NCBI GenBank assembly: GCA_965226885.1
Contig: CBDDEL010000012.1
Location: 352,001-416,000 of the forward strand
Direction: 5' to 3'
Origin: Opitutales bacterium
Lineage (GTDB): Bacteria; Verrucomicrobiota; Verrucomicrobiia; Opitutales; UBA2987
DNA length: 64,000 nucleotides
Part shown: positions 21,247 through 32,215 of the stretch, piece after piece
Layout of the letters: each line of letters begins with the position of its first letter
Position numbering within the stretch: position 1 is the stretch's first letter
Translations under genes and position numbers: made by a program
Notes under the pieces: model-generated
What the model was told of the DNA's origin: nothing
Seen by the model: the letters and a program-made list of their open reading frames with translations, nothing else
Databases searched by the model: none

Positions 21247-21780
21247 CTATAATCCCTTCTTTCGACGAAGAGTTAAGCCCGAGATTTTTCTCAAATCGTC
21301 AACGCTGTTGACGATTTCCAGGTTATCGGCTCCGAATCCCAAGTAGGAACTTGTTGAAGAAATTACCATACCGCTGCGCACCCAGGTCCAATCCAATTGC
21401 TCCATGGCCTGATTGGCTGCGTCCCCTTCGACGGCAAATAATAGTTCTTCGCCGCCCTCATTAAAGACTTCATCCATTAGCTTCTGAATATCTTCAGAGC
21501 GATCAATGCCTTCCATATCCTTTATGGAAAAAATATTTACTTTCTTAGTGTTGGTATTGGCGACAAACCAGAATTTACTACCTTTACGGTTGGTGGCCAG
21601 CCCAATGATGTGACCATCATTAGAGACGATCCGGTCGCCCAGGTAGATGGGATTATTATCGACCTCTTTGGAAAAACCGTGCTTCCAGAGTTCGACCGAG
21701 GGACTAGTGGCGCAGCCGACAAAAAACAGAAAAGTTGAGATTAAACTGAGGGAAAGCAGAACTCCTTTTGCGATTTTCAT
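21247..21780 (-). CDS. Hypothetical lipoprotein
   Basis: FVGC lipobox; W.HGFSKE.DNNPI and KFWF motifs shared with paralog. Confidence 0.75.
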   Translation of the reverse strand: MKIAKGVLLSLSLISTFLFFVGCATSPSVELWKHGFSKEVDNNPIYLGDRIVSNDGHIIGLATNRKGSKFWFVANTNTKKVNIFSIKDMEGIDRSEDIQKLMDEVFNEGGEELLFAVEGDAANQAMEQLDWTWVRSGMVISSTSSYLGFGADNLEIVNSVDDLRKISGLTLRRKKGL

Positions 21781-22058
21781 GATTAATGGCGTTTTTTTCA
21801 GGTTATTAGAAAACAGAGTGAATTGGGAACCCGGTCCCTTCAATAGGCTCAAGGCTCAAGACAAAATATCGATTTTGTGCATCATCGGCAAGAATCTGGT
21901 TTTTAGTATGCGTAATTTGTCCAGTTGGGTAAACAAACTATAACCACTTTTACATCAGTGTAAAGAAGTATCATTTAATTTTCTAATAAGTGAGAACAAT
22001 TTTTCTAAAGGCCTAATGGCCTAATTCTCCATCCGGGGAATTTAGCAAAAAAGTGATA

Positions 22059-22733
22059 TTACCGAACGCGGATAACCGGCACGGATGCTTTGGCGTCTTT
22101 GATCCTGAGCCAGTAGCTTTCCCCTCTTTTCCTGATGATGATTTCGGTGTCGGTAAATTTTCTGGCATAGGTGCCGCCCGTTTTGCCCTGTTTCCAGACC
22201 TGTCCGTTTTCGAGATGAAAAACGGTGTTGCCCCTCCAGCCGTAAAAATCTCCCAGGATTCGCGATTCGATGGCCTCGACCACTTCCTCGGCGGCGATTT
22301 CCTTCAGTTTGTCCTCGCGATTGAAAAACCCGAAGAAACGCTCTTTGGTCTTGCGCCTTTCGACGCGCATCTTTTCCTCCTTTTGGACCATTTCGACGCG
22401 TATTTCTTCTTCCTTTTTAACCATTTCGACGCGCATCTTTTCCTCTTTTTGGACCATTTCGACGCGTATTTCTTCTTCCTTTTTGACCATTTCGACGCGC
22501 ATCTTTTCCTCTTCTTGGCCGAGGTAGCCACGCATCCAGGAGTTTAGCTGCTCCATTTGTTCCGGCTCCAGTTGATCGAGGCCGGATTGTTTCATTTCCT
22601 TCCGGCTCATTTCCTTGCCAAAATCAAACAGCTCCTTGCTTTTGCCTGGATCGGCAGCCGAAGCCATCAACGGACACATTGAAACCATACAAATAGCGAT
22701 AGCAGTGAAAATGAATCTATAAAAAAGGTTCAT
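22059..22733 (-). CDS. Exported hypothetical protein with 11-aa repeats and F.GW.G.T.F.L.NGQVW domain
   Basis: Signal peptide; repeats of EE(K/E)(M/I)RVEMV(K/Q)K. Confidence 0.7.
   Translation of the reverse strand: MNLFYRFIFTAIAICMVSMCPLMASAADPGKSKELFDFGKEMSRKEMKQSGLDQLEPEQMEQLNSWMRGYLGQEEEKMRVEMVKKEEEIRVEMVQKEEKMRVEMVKKEEEIRVEMVQKEEKMRVERRKTKERFFGFFNREDKLKEIAAEEVVEAIESRILGDFYGWRGNTVFHLENGQVWKQGKTGGTYARKFTDTEIIIRKRGESYWLRIKDAKASVPVIRVR
22358..22515. repeat. 33-bp coding tandem repeat, ~4.7 units, alternating A/B
   Basis: TTTCGACGCG anchor every 33 bp. Confidence 0.9.
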
Positions 22734-22834
22734 AGTTAATTAATCCTCTCTCTATTAAGCATTAGGTTGGGATAAAGATTATCTTCAATTTTACCCAGTT
22801 CAAGGCTGAATCCTGTAGTATTTATGGGAAGACA

Positions 22835-22872
22835 AACCAAAGAGCCAGGGCTGATGCCCTGGCTCTTTGGTT
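22835..22872 (-). terminator. Rho-independent terminator of TonB receptor gene
   Basis: Perfect 17-bp inverted repeat AACCAAAGAGCCAGGGC-TGAT-GCCCTGGCTCTTTGGTT. Confidence 0.85.
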
Positions 22873-22901
22873 AATTGTGAAAAGATGTTTGAAGATTTTA
22901 T

Positions 22902-25900
22902 TTAGAGCTTCTTCTTGATGCTTATCCAGAGAAACTGCACTTCCGCCGTATAGAGGAAGCCAGGATAGCCCTGGGTGTTTCCGAAATTGGCAAAGGCGCT
23001 CGGGGGTTTCTGGGCGAAGACATTGTCCACACCAACCGTGACGGTTGTGCCGCCCCACCATTTTTCTGAATCTTTGAAGAAGGTGTAGGAAGACTGAACG
23101 TCCCAAATCCAGCGGGCATGAACTCTGTCGATATTCCCCCAGTTTGGAGGAGATGCTTCATCATAATCGACGAATCCATCAGTAAAGTAACCGCTCATTG
23201 TGGTGCTGAGGTTACGCCAGTTCCAGGTCAGGGACTGGTTGAATTTCCACTCCAAATAGGCGTCGCTGGCCGATCCGGATTGGGAGACAACCTGGGTTTG
23301 GCTGCCGAAAGGTCCAATTATGGTCTCACCGGCAGTTTGGTCATTGTCCACCAGGATAAAGTCGGCATCAGTGGAATGGCCCACCCTATCGAATCTCGGT
23401 AAATCCCCAGTATCTGCAAGCTGGTATTTCAACAACTTGGTGGCGTTGACGGTAAAGGAGAAAGTTCCCCAGTTCTCGGTTTCCAGCAGGTAGCTGGCGG
23501 CGAAATCGAGGCCTTTCACATCGGTGCGTCCCTGATTCAAGAAGACCGTGCCGAGAAGAATAATCTCGTCGGTACTGGAGAGATCGACAAACTCACCCGG
23601 AAAGAGTGTTTCACCGGCAAAGAAACGGTCAACCGTATCCTGCGCATTAAAACTGACGGTGCCTTCACGTTTGACGTTCCAGAGGTCCACGCTGACAGTA
23701 GCGCCCTTGATGAACTTGGGCGAATAAACAACGCCCAAATTCCAGGATGCGGTATCCTCGGGAGAGAGGCCGGTGTTACCGAGAAAAACGGTGTCCTGCT
23801 CCTGCTCGAACCTGCCCGTTCTCGGGTTGCTGATAGGCGTGAGCGAGAAGGTGGAGGTGGAGTACAGTTCATAGAGGGACGGTTGGCGAAACCCCTCGCC
23901 CCAGCTTGCCCTCAAGACCAACTGCTCAACAGGAGCCAAGCGAACCGAAAATTTCGGAACATTTCGGAACGAAAGTACTAATGTCGGTTTGAAGGAACTT
24001 TTCATAACGTCCGGACGCGTTGACTTCCAGGGAATGAACAAAGCTATCCGATTCCGGGCTGATGACCGGTATGTTAAATTCGAAGAAAAGCGAACCGACT
24101 CTCCTGCGGCCCCGGGTGACGGCAGCCGTAGACGAGCCGATGACATCACCTGTGGTGCCTGACGAATCAGGACTCTGGAAGAGTTCCTCCTGTCGCCAGT
24201 CCCAACCAGCGGCAAATCCCACACCGCCGGCAGGGAGATTGAATAGCTCAGACGTGGTCATATTTCCCCAGGCCTGGAGCAATTCCGATTCGTTGCGATT
24301 TTTCTGCTCAACGATACCCGTTGGGGCCAGGAGCACATTGTTGGGCAATGGGTTTTCCCAATAAACGAATGGATTGAAGGCCGTTGTGGTCCCAAGGTAA
24401 TCGCTGCTGGTGGGATCGAAAAACGAGTCATTCGAATTGACCAGGCGGTTGAATGTGCTGATGGAGACCAATTTGTTAAAAGCGGTTTCGTTGATTTTAC
24501 CGAAGCCAAAACCAACATCCGCGTTCCACTTGTTCCACAGGTTGGTGGCTCTCATGCCCCAATTAACGTTGAAGGCCTCCGTCTTGGTTATATAGATGCG
24601 GTTACCGAAATCAAAGAGGCGGATGCGGGTACGTCCTTCCAGATCCATGTTGAAAGGATTGAACTCGTTGAAGGCGCCATCAGCTACTTCTGGAATTCGT
24701 CCTTCCCGGTCCGCCCGGATGAATGGGTTGGGCGTATTGGCCGGGATGACCAGGGATACACCGCCCGGATTGGAGAAACTGCCGGTGGCCGAAGGGGCCA
24801 ACTGGTTGTCAGACTCAGCATTTTGGTAGCTGAACATGCCATAGGTTTCCACATTATCCGTGCCGAAGAGCTTGTGACGGAAATTCATGAATGCGCCAAT
24901 ACGCTTGAGTTCAGGTAAGGAGCCGGACTCGGCGTTGAAGTTGTACTTCGAGTACGGGCCGCCAAATCCGCCCATGTAAGTATATAAATTTGCCGGCACA
25001 TCGCCTTGGTTATTGGCATTTTGACTTGTCGGGAGGGGAACCCCAAAGGCGTCCGTAGGACCAGAGGTGACGAGAATTATATCGTCTTGCCCGATTGCCT
25101 CGCCTTCCAGACCGGGGATATCAGCGCCTGCAGCAAGACCCAGGGCATCCCTCGCCGTCTGTCCCGATATCTCGATATTGAGAGGGCTCGAATTGGAGCT
25201 GAGGAATGGGGGAAGCGAGAAGTCGTTGTCGCCGTTGAACATGGGGTTGCGCGTGTAGTAGTTCATCCCCACGGTAATGCTGCCCTTTTCGCTCTTTACG
25301 CCGTAAACGGCACTGAGCAGAAATTCGGAAGAATCGTTGCCGCTGGACTCATTGCCGTAGCGAACAGTCAATTCACCGCCTTCATAGTTGTCGCGCATGA
25401 TGATATTGATCACGCCGGCAACAGCGTCCGCGCCGTAAGTAGCGGAAGCGCCATCCTTGAGCACCTCGATGCGCTGGATAGCGGAAGCGGGTATAGAGCT
25501 CAGGTCAACAAAAGCGGTGGTTCCGCCAGTGCCGGTCGGGAAAACAGGCAAGCGGCGTCCGTTGATGAGAACCAAGGTGGTGTCCGGGCCAAGGCCGCGC
25601 AAGGATGCGGAGGTGGCGCCGGAGGTAAACCCGGTGGCATTGTTGGATACAGGAACGGTATTCCCATTGTTGACGGTGAGTTTCTGGAGCAGTTCCTCAG
25701 CCGTGACAAAACCGGTCTGGTCGATCTGGAAGCGTTCCAGCACCTGAACGGGTGTGGCGCGGGTTTCGTAGGCTGTTTCAGTAGTGGGAATCATGGAGCC
25801 GGTGATAATCATCTCCTCGAGTTCCTCCTCTTCATCCTGAGCCGTCAGGTTGATCGCGAATAGAAGCGCGGGAACAACCAGAAGCCATCCAAAACGAAGG

Positions 25901-25941
25901 AGTAGTGGGTTGGTATTGTTTTCTTGTAGTTTGTTTTTCAT
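22902..25941 (-). pseudogene. TonB-dependent receptor, frameshifted
   Basis: ITGSMIP, SLRGLG..TLVLINGRR, IEVLKDGASATYGADAVAGVINII, LRASWGEGFRQPSL. A 10-bp duplication at 23951-23970 splits the ORF. Confidence 0.92.
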
Positions 25942-25972
25942 GCTATCAGTTTTTTTCTGTTAACGTTAACTA

Positions 25973-27807
25973 GAGGCTGTCCCAAAAATATAAAGATTTT
26001 ATAGTCAACTGGATGACGTTGATAAAAAGAGCCGGAAAGAGCAAGTTTCTGCTCGATCCGGCCAAAAAAGGGTTCTATAATTGAGTTAGCGAAAATCAAT
26101 ATAGCCCTTTCTATGAAAATAGCCCTTTCTATGAAAAATATAGCCATCCAATGCCTCCTGCGTCCAGCTTTAACTGTGGTCGACCGGTGCCTCGATTACG
26201 ATAACTTCCGCGCCACCATTGATCGAATCGATCGGCTGCTGATCGACTCGGAGGTGGAATCGCAGGCCATTGAGCTGGCCTTGGAGGGGTGGCCGCCAAT
26301 GGGTCTAAAGGCCCGGCGGCAGCGGGCCAGTTTTGCCATCAAGGCACTGCGCATGGATACGCTGGGCCGTCTGCTCGGAGGGATTTCGTTTCGGCATTTG
26401 TCGCGGGCTCTGGGCAGCAGCGATCTGTTGGCCGACTTTTGCCGTGTCCGGCAGATCGATGGCATCAGGGGCATCTCCAAAAGCACCCTGGAGCGGGCCT
26501 CGAAGTTTTTCAGCGAAGAGCAGTTGAGGGCCTTGCACCGGACCTTGACTGAGGTGGTGGCCGATGCCCTTCTGGCCCGGCAGGTGGGATTGGACAAGCC
26601 GATTGACACCACCATTTGCCTGATCGACGGCACCTGTTTGGAGGCTAACATTCATTGGCCGACGGACTGGGTATTACTCAAGGATGTAGCCGGCACGTTG
26701 CTCAAAGCGATCCGGCTGATCCGCGAGAAGGCCGGTTTGCGCCATCGCATGCCGATCGAACCGGAGCCCTTGGCTCGGCAGATGAATCGGCTGTGCATAC
26801 AGATGACCCACAGCCGGCGGCGAAAGGACAGCGCGCGGCAGCGCAAGGGTATCTTGAGGCAGATGAAAAAGCTGCTCAAACGGATCGGGGAGCATGCCCG
26901 CAGTCACCGGGAATTATTGCAAGCCTGCTGGGAGCAAAGCGATTACAGCGAAAAACAGGTCCAACAGATCCTCGCCCGGATGGAGCGCATGAGCGAGCAA
27001 ATCCCGGTGGTCATCAAACAGGCGCACGAGCGGATCATTGGCGGCCGCCAGGTGAAAAACGCAGAGAAAGTCTTGAGTGTTTACGAACTCGATGGGCAGG
27101 TGATTGTGCGAGGTAAAGCGGGCCAAGAGGTCGAGTTCGGCAACACCCTGTTTTTGGGAGAAAGCGTTGAAGGGTACCTGCTGGACTGGAAACTCTACGG
27201 CAGCCGAACTCCAAGCGAAAATGAACAAATGCAAGAGAGTTTGCAAAGACAGAACCGCTTCAACCTGGAAGAACCCATAGCGGCCATGTGCGCGGACCGG
27301 GGATTTGCCTCCCAGCGGGCCCGCCGGCAGTTAGCCCAGGAGGGAATCTACGACGCGCTCTGTCCACGCGATCCGAAGCAGTTGAAAAAACGGATGGAGG
27401 AACCACTGTTCAGACAATTGCAAAAGCGCCGGGCCAGCACCGAAGGGCGGATCGGGGTATTGAAGAATCGCTGGCAGGCCGGGCGGTTGCGCAGCAAAGG
27501 CTTTGCCAACCGCTCGATCAGCGTAGCCTGGTCGGTACTCTCGCACAACCTATGGAAAGTAGCCAAGATGCTGGCCCAGCAAGACGAACTAAAAACCAAA
27601 GCGGCGGCCTAGAGAGCGGAAAAGCAAGGACAATACTTTTTCACAGCCGTACTGTCGGCTCATACAAAGAAAACCAGGCAACCGGACCCCAAAACCAGTA
27701 TCCTAACGTCATAGGAGAGCAAAGTTGATACTCTCCCAAATGCAAATACCTCTAAAATGAGCGCCTATCAAAAGCCCTCGCAAAAATCACCCTTTTGGGA
27801 CAGCCTC
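25973..27807 (+). mobile_element. IS element (IS5/ISNCY-like), 1835 bp
   Basis: Perfect 15-bp IR GAGGCTGTCCCAAAA; 6-bp TSD TAACTA (25967-25972, 27808-27813). Confidence 0.93.
26113..27612 (+). CDS. DDE transposase
   Basis: IDGT.LEANIH.PTD..LL, GKAG..VEFG, ADRGF, R..TEGRIG motifs. Confidence 0.88.
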   Translation: MKIALSMKNIAIQCLLRPALTVVDRCLDYDNFRATIDRIDRLLIDSEVESQAIELALEGWPPMGLKARRQRASFAIKALRMDTLGRLLGGISFRHLSRALGSSDLLADFCRVRQIDGIRGISKSTLERASKFFSEEQLRALHRTLTEVVADALLARQVGLDKPIDTTICLIDGTCLEANIHWPTDWVLLKDVAGTLLKAIRLIREKAGLRHRMPIEPEPLARQMNRLCIQMTHSRRRKDSARQRKGILRQMKKLLKRIGEHARSHRELLQACWEQSDYSEKQVQQILARMERMSEQIPVVIKQAHERIIGGRQVKNAEKVLSVYELDGQVIVRGKAGQEVEFGNTLFLGESVEGYLLDWKLYGSRTPSENEQMQESLQRQNRFNLEEPIAAMCADRGFASQRARRQLAQEGIYDALCPRDPKQLKKRMEEPLFRQLQKRRASTEGRIGVLKNRWQAGRLRSKGFANRSISVAWSVLSHNLWKVAKMLAQQDELKTKAAA

Positions 27808-27813
27808 TAACTA

Positions 27814-28020
27814 TGGAGTTTTTGGTGGGACCGTTTGCAAAAGCTCGGTCGCCACATAGAATCGATAAGATCAGCCAGTGAAACTTAGGCAAAGGAAGAC
27901 CGCGGATACTTGGGCGATTCCGAAAAACCGCACCGCAGCTTCTTCTGTTTAGCTGGCGATCCGTTTAGGAGATTTAGTTTTTAATCCCTTTCCGGGATTG
28001 TTTGGCGCTAGTCATAGAGT
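27814..28020 (-). promoter_or_regulatory. Structured 5' leader of the TonB receptor gene, now separated by the IS
   Basis: Several nested stems with G-U pairs on the minus strand. Confidence 0.4.
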
Positions 28021-28369
28021 AGTTGAAATGGTTATTTCGTTTATCCTTATCCAAAAAAACCGTCTCAGGGGCATCCGATTTTTATGAACAGCTAATAGGA
28101 CAAAGGACAAAGGATTTCAGAAAAAATGTCTATACTTAATGTAAATATTTTATAAAAAATTTGAACGCGTGTTAATTTACTTGAATTGACACAAACCCCG
28201 GAACCTTTTTGCGGCAAATTTAACTAAAAAGCTAACTAATGTCGGCCCAAAATAACCATCGGCGGGATTCCGCCCCGGCGCCCAATGCGGACTTGCCAGA
28301 AGCAGGGCAACCGGTAGAAGTGCATTTTGTTTTGCCTCGGTTCCGGCAGTTGCAGTATTAAAATTGAAG

Positions 28370-29771
28370 ATGTTGTGTTGAATAGCGGAATTTCCAGTTT
28401 TTCCCTTTCCAAGGCCCCGCCCCGCCGCGTGTATTGATCGCCGACGACCAGCCCGATGTGTTAAAAGCCATGGCCCTCCTGCTTAAAGGAGAGGGCTATA
28501 AAACCAGGATGACGACCTCGCCGCAGGAAGTCCTCAGCGCTCTGTGCAAAAGCGATTTCGATGTGGCCTTGATCGACCTCAACTACACACGGGACACCAC
28601 CTCGGGGCGCGAAGGGCTCGACCTGCTGCAAAAAATCCGCGCCCTGGACGCCGATCTGCCCATTGTGGTGATGACGGCTTGGGCCACAATCGACGTGGCG
28701 GTCGAGTGCATGAGGCAAGGGGCTTGCGATTTTGTGCAAAAACCGTGGGACAACGCCCGAGTTCTTTCCATCGTCCGCACTCACACCCAGTTTTACCGCA
28801 CGGTTAAGAGGAAAAACCTTTTGGAGGAAGAAAATCGTCTGCTCAGAGGACAGGACGGGGTCACCTTGTTGGCCCAATCGAAGGCCATGGAACCAGTGCT
28901 GGAAATTATTGAAAGCGTGGGGCCTTCCGATGCCAATATACTTATTACCGGTGAAAACGGGACCGGCAAAGGCGTCGTGGCGCGGGTTCTGCATGAAAAA
29001 TCAGACCGGCGGGACAAACCCCTGGTCAGCGTCAACATGGGCAGCTTGCCGGAGGGGGTTTTCGAGAGCGAGCTGTTCGGCCACGTCAAAGGTGCCTTTA
29101 CCGATGCCAAGGCGGACCGGGCCGGTCGTTTCGAAATGGCTGCCGGGGGCACTTTGTTCTTGGATGAAATCGCCAACATCCCACTGGCCCAGCAAAACAA
29201 GCTGCTGCGGTTGCTGGAAACAGGCGAATTCGAGCGGGTGGGCTCCTCTAAAACGCAAAATGTCGATGTGCGGTTGATCAGCGCCACCAATGCCGATCCT
29301 CAAAAGGAAGTGGCCGAGGGGCGTTTCCGGCAGGATCTCCTTTACCGGCTCAACACCATCCACCTGCACCTGCCTTTATTAAGCGAGAGAATCGAGGACA
29401 TCCCGCTATTAGCCGATCATTTCCTGCAAAAGCATCTGCAAAAATACCGCAAGGAAATCACTGGTTTTGCCTCCACTGCTCTGGAGACCCTGCGCTCGTA
29501 TGCCTGGCCGGGAAATGTGCGGGAACTGGATCATTGCATCGAACGCGCTGTCCTCCTGGCCAAGGGAACGCAAATTCAGCCGTTGGACCTGGGCCTCAGC
29601 GCGACCGAGGCGGGGCCTTCCTCCCTCGACGATATGACTATTGACGAAGTCGAGAAATACCTCATAAAACGCACCCTTCTGCGGCATCAGGGCAACGCCA
29701 CCCAGGCAGCCAAGGCCCTGGGTCTGAGCCGCAGCGCATTTTACCGCCGCCTGCAGCGATTCGATCTGTAA
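28370..29771 (+). CDS. NtrC-family sigma54-dependent response regulator; N-terminus probably frameshifted
   Basis: IADD, DLNY, GENGTGK, ESELFGHVKGAFTDA, WPGNVREL, Fis HTH. Continuous ORF from 28434. Confidence 0.88.
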
Positions 29772-29868
29772 TCCTTTCCCGGCAAGTAATTTACTCTCCC
29801 GAAGTTTAATCTATTCAAGGTGAGTCCCAAATTTATCATTTATCAGAAGAAAAAAGCAGGGGAAGCAC

Positions 29869-31160
29869 ATGCGCCGTCTGCTATGGCTGGCCCTGTTGAG
29901 TGGGTTGCCAGGGGTGTTGGGCACCATCCTGCTGCTGCAAATCGGGAACTACCCTTTGAAAGTCCACCTGACCCTGCTGACCTTTGTTGTAGGGTTCTGG
30001 CTCCTATTTGTCACGATGCTGCGAAACCGCGTCATCCGGCCCCTGCAAGCGGCATCGAACATGCTCTCCGCATTGCGCGAAGGCGACTACTCCCTCCAAT
30101 CGCACGGCGGCGACAACGAAGACCCCATGGGCCAGGTCATGCACGAGATCAATGCCCTGACCGATGTCTTACGCAGCCAGCGCATGGGGGCCATCGAGGC
30201 CTTCACCCTTTTAAACAAGGTGGTGGAGGAGATCGATGTGGCTATCTTTACCTTCGATGAAGACGACCGTCTGGGCATGGTCAACCGGGCGGGTGAAAAA
30301 TTGCTGGCCCAGCCAGCGGACCAGTTGAGCGGTAAAAAAGCAGCCGATCTGGGTCTGAAAAATTGCCTCACCCGGCTGACTAGGGAAAATCAACTGATGG
30401 CCGTTCCAGCCGTTGGTACATTAAGACGGGCCACTTCCGGGAAGCGGGCAAACCACACCAACTTCTGCTCTTGACCGATGTCAGCCAGCCGCTCCGCGAG
30501 GAAGAACGAATGGCCTGGCGCCGCCTCATAAGGGTTCTGGGGCATGAGCTGAACAACTCCTTGGCCCCCATCAAATCGCTGGCTGGCAGCATGGAACAAA
30601 TCCTTACCCGACAACCCTTGCCACCGGATTGGAAGGAGGATATCAACGAAAGCCTCCGCATTATCGGGTCGAGGGCAGAGGGGCTGAGCCGGTTTCTGGA
30701 AGATTTTTCCCGAATCGCCAAACTGCCGCCGCCGCAAAAGGAACCCGTCCAAGTGGGCCAAATGGTGGAACAGGTGGCTGGGCTTTCCACCAGCGCTTTT
30801 GGGCAGATTCAAATAGAAAAAGGGCCACCATGCACCGTCATGGCCGATCGCAGCCAGATCGAGCAGCTCCTCATCAACCTGGTCAAAAATGCCGTCGATG
30901 CGGTTGAGGCGACCAAGGGCAGCATTCGCGCTGGCTGGGACGAGCTGGAAGGCCGGGTGGAAATCTGGGTTGAAGATGAAGGGCCGGGCATTGCCAACCC
31001 CAGCAACCTCTTCGTGCCCTTTTTCTCCACCAAGCCTGGAGGCTCGGGAGTCGGCCTCACCCTCAGCCGTCAAATAGCCGAAGCCCACGACGGAACCGTA
31101 GAGGTAGTCAACCGAACTGGCCAACCCGGCTGCCGGGCCACCCTCACCCTGCCCATATGA
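29869..31160 (+). pseudogene. Sensor histidine kinase (HAMP/PAS), frameshifted near 30385-30400
   Basis: TM-HAMP-PAS part in one frame; HELNNSL, NLVKNA, DEGPG, FFSTK.GGSGVGL in another. Confidence 0.88.
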
Positions 31161-31238
31161 TCCATCAGCCCGCGCCGCCCCAATTATGAATTATGACCGT
31201 TGGCTCTATTTTTCTTCTCAATTCGTCTTGCCATTGGC

Positions 31239-32093
31239 CTAAAACTGAAGATTGGCAGTCACGGGAAAATGGTCGGAGGGGTAACGGCCTTCCTTTTCAG
31301 TCCGAACGATAGAAGCATGCAATGTAGTGACGCTCGGTGAAACAAATATACAGTCTACCTTCGGACCATTTGATCGTCCTTTAAAACCATTGAAAGTCCC
31401 GACGACTTCGGCCTCAGGGTGAAGAATGCGAAAAGTATCCGCCATTTTTCCTTTTCCCTTCAGGTATTCAATAGCCGGGTTGTCTTCTCCGGCATTAAAA
31501 TCTCCAGTTAAGACAAACGGATCCGGGTGTGTTCGCTTTTGTATGAAATCCACTATCAGCCGAACACTCTTTTCCCTTGAGGGTTGGGACCTGTGATCTA
31601 GGTGAGTATTGTAGATATAAAAGGCCAACCCCGACTGCCTGTCCAAAAGACGCGCCCAGCTGCAGATACGGCGAATTCGGTTGCCCCAATGCGTTGAAGG
31701 GACCTCCGGTGTATCCGAAAGCCAGAAAGTTCCCGACTCATACACATCGAATCGATCGAGCCGATAGAGAATGGCTGAATACTCCCCTTCCGTTCCGCCG
31801 TCCCGCCCCACACCTGTCTCGCCGTACTGCGGAAGACTCTTCCTGATTTCATCCATCTGAAAGCGGAGCGCCTCCTGCAATCCCAGGACATCCGGTGAAT
31901 ATTGGCGGATGACATCAATAACCTGTCCCTTCCGATTATCCCAATGGTTCTCACCATCACGAGTTGTCCCATAGCGGATGTTGAAACTCATGACATCAAC
32001 ATCGAAAGATTCCGCTGCATCTTCGCGAACCGTATAACAGCCAGCCATCAGCAGCGCTAATAATACCAGTGCCAGAAAGTATGTTTTTTTCAT
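31239..32093 (-). CDS. Endonuclease/exonuclease/phosphatase-family lipoprotein (cassette gene)
   Basis: MAGC lipobox; SFNIR, GLQE, NTHLDH, GDFN, SDHFPV. Confidence 0.88.
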   Translation of the reverse strand: MKKTYFLALVLLALLMAGCYTVREDAAESFDVDVMSFNIRYGTTRDGENHWDNRKGQVIDVIRQYSPDVLGLQEALRFQMDEIRKSLPQYGETGVGRDGGTEGEYSAILYRLDRFDVYESGTFWLSDTPEVPSTHWGNRIRRICSWARLLDRQSGLAFYIYNTHLDHRSQPSREKSVRLIVDFIQKRTHPDPFVLTGDFNAGEDNPAIEYLKGKGKMADTFRILHPEAEVVGTFNGFKGRSNGPKVDCIFVSPSVTTLHASIVRTEKEGRYPSDHFPVTANLQF

Positions 32094-32103
32094 ATCGTCT
32101 CCC

Positions 32104-32215
32104 GTTGAACGATTAAGCATGAGGCACGGCATTGATGCAGGACCGGGGTTGGAATTATGGTAAGTCATTCGAACTCAAGGCGAGTCAGCCGTTGCTCTCC
32201 ATGCGCTTGTTAGGT
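32104..32215 (-). mobile_element. Integron attC site, 112 bp
   Basis: R'' ACCTAAC, L'' GCATGGAG, L' CTCATGC, R' GTTCAAC; imperfect palindrome with extrahelical bases. Confidence 0.75.

Noticed and set aside
22358..22515. CRISPR array
   Set aside because: Contiguous in-frame units with no unique spacers and no cas genes
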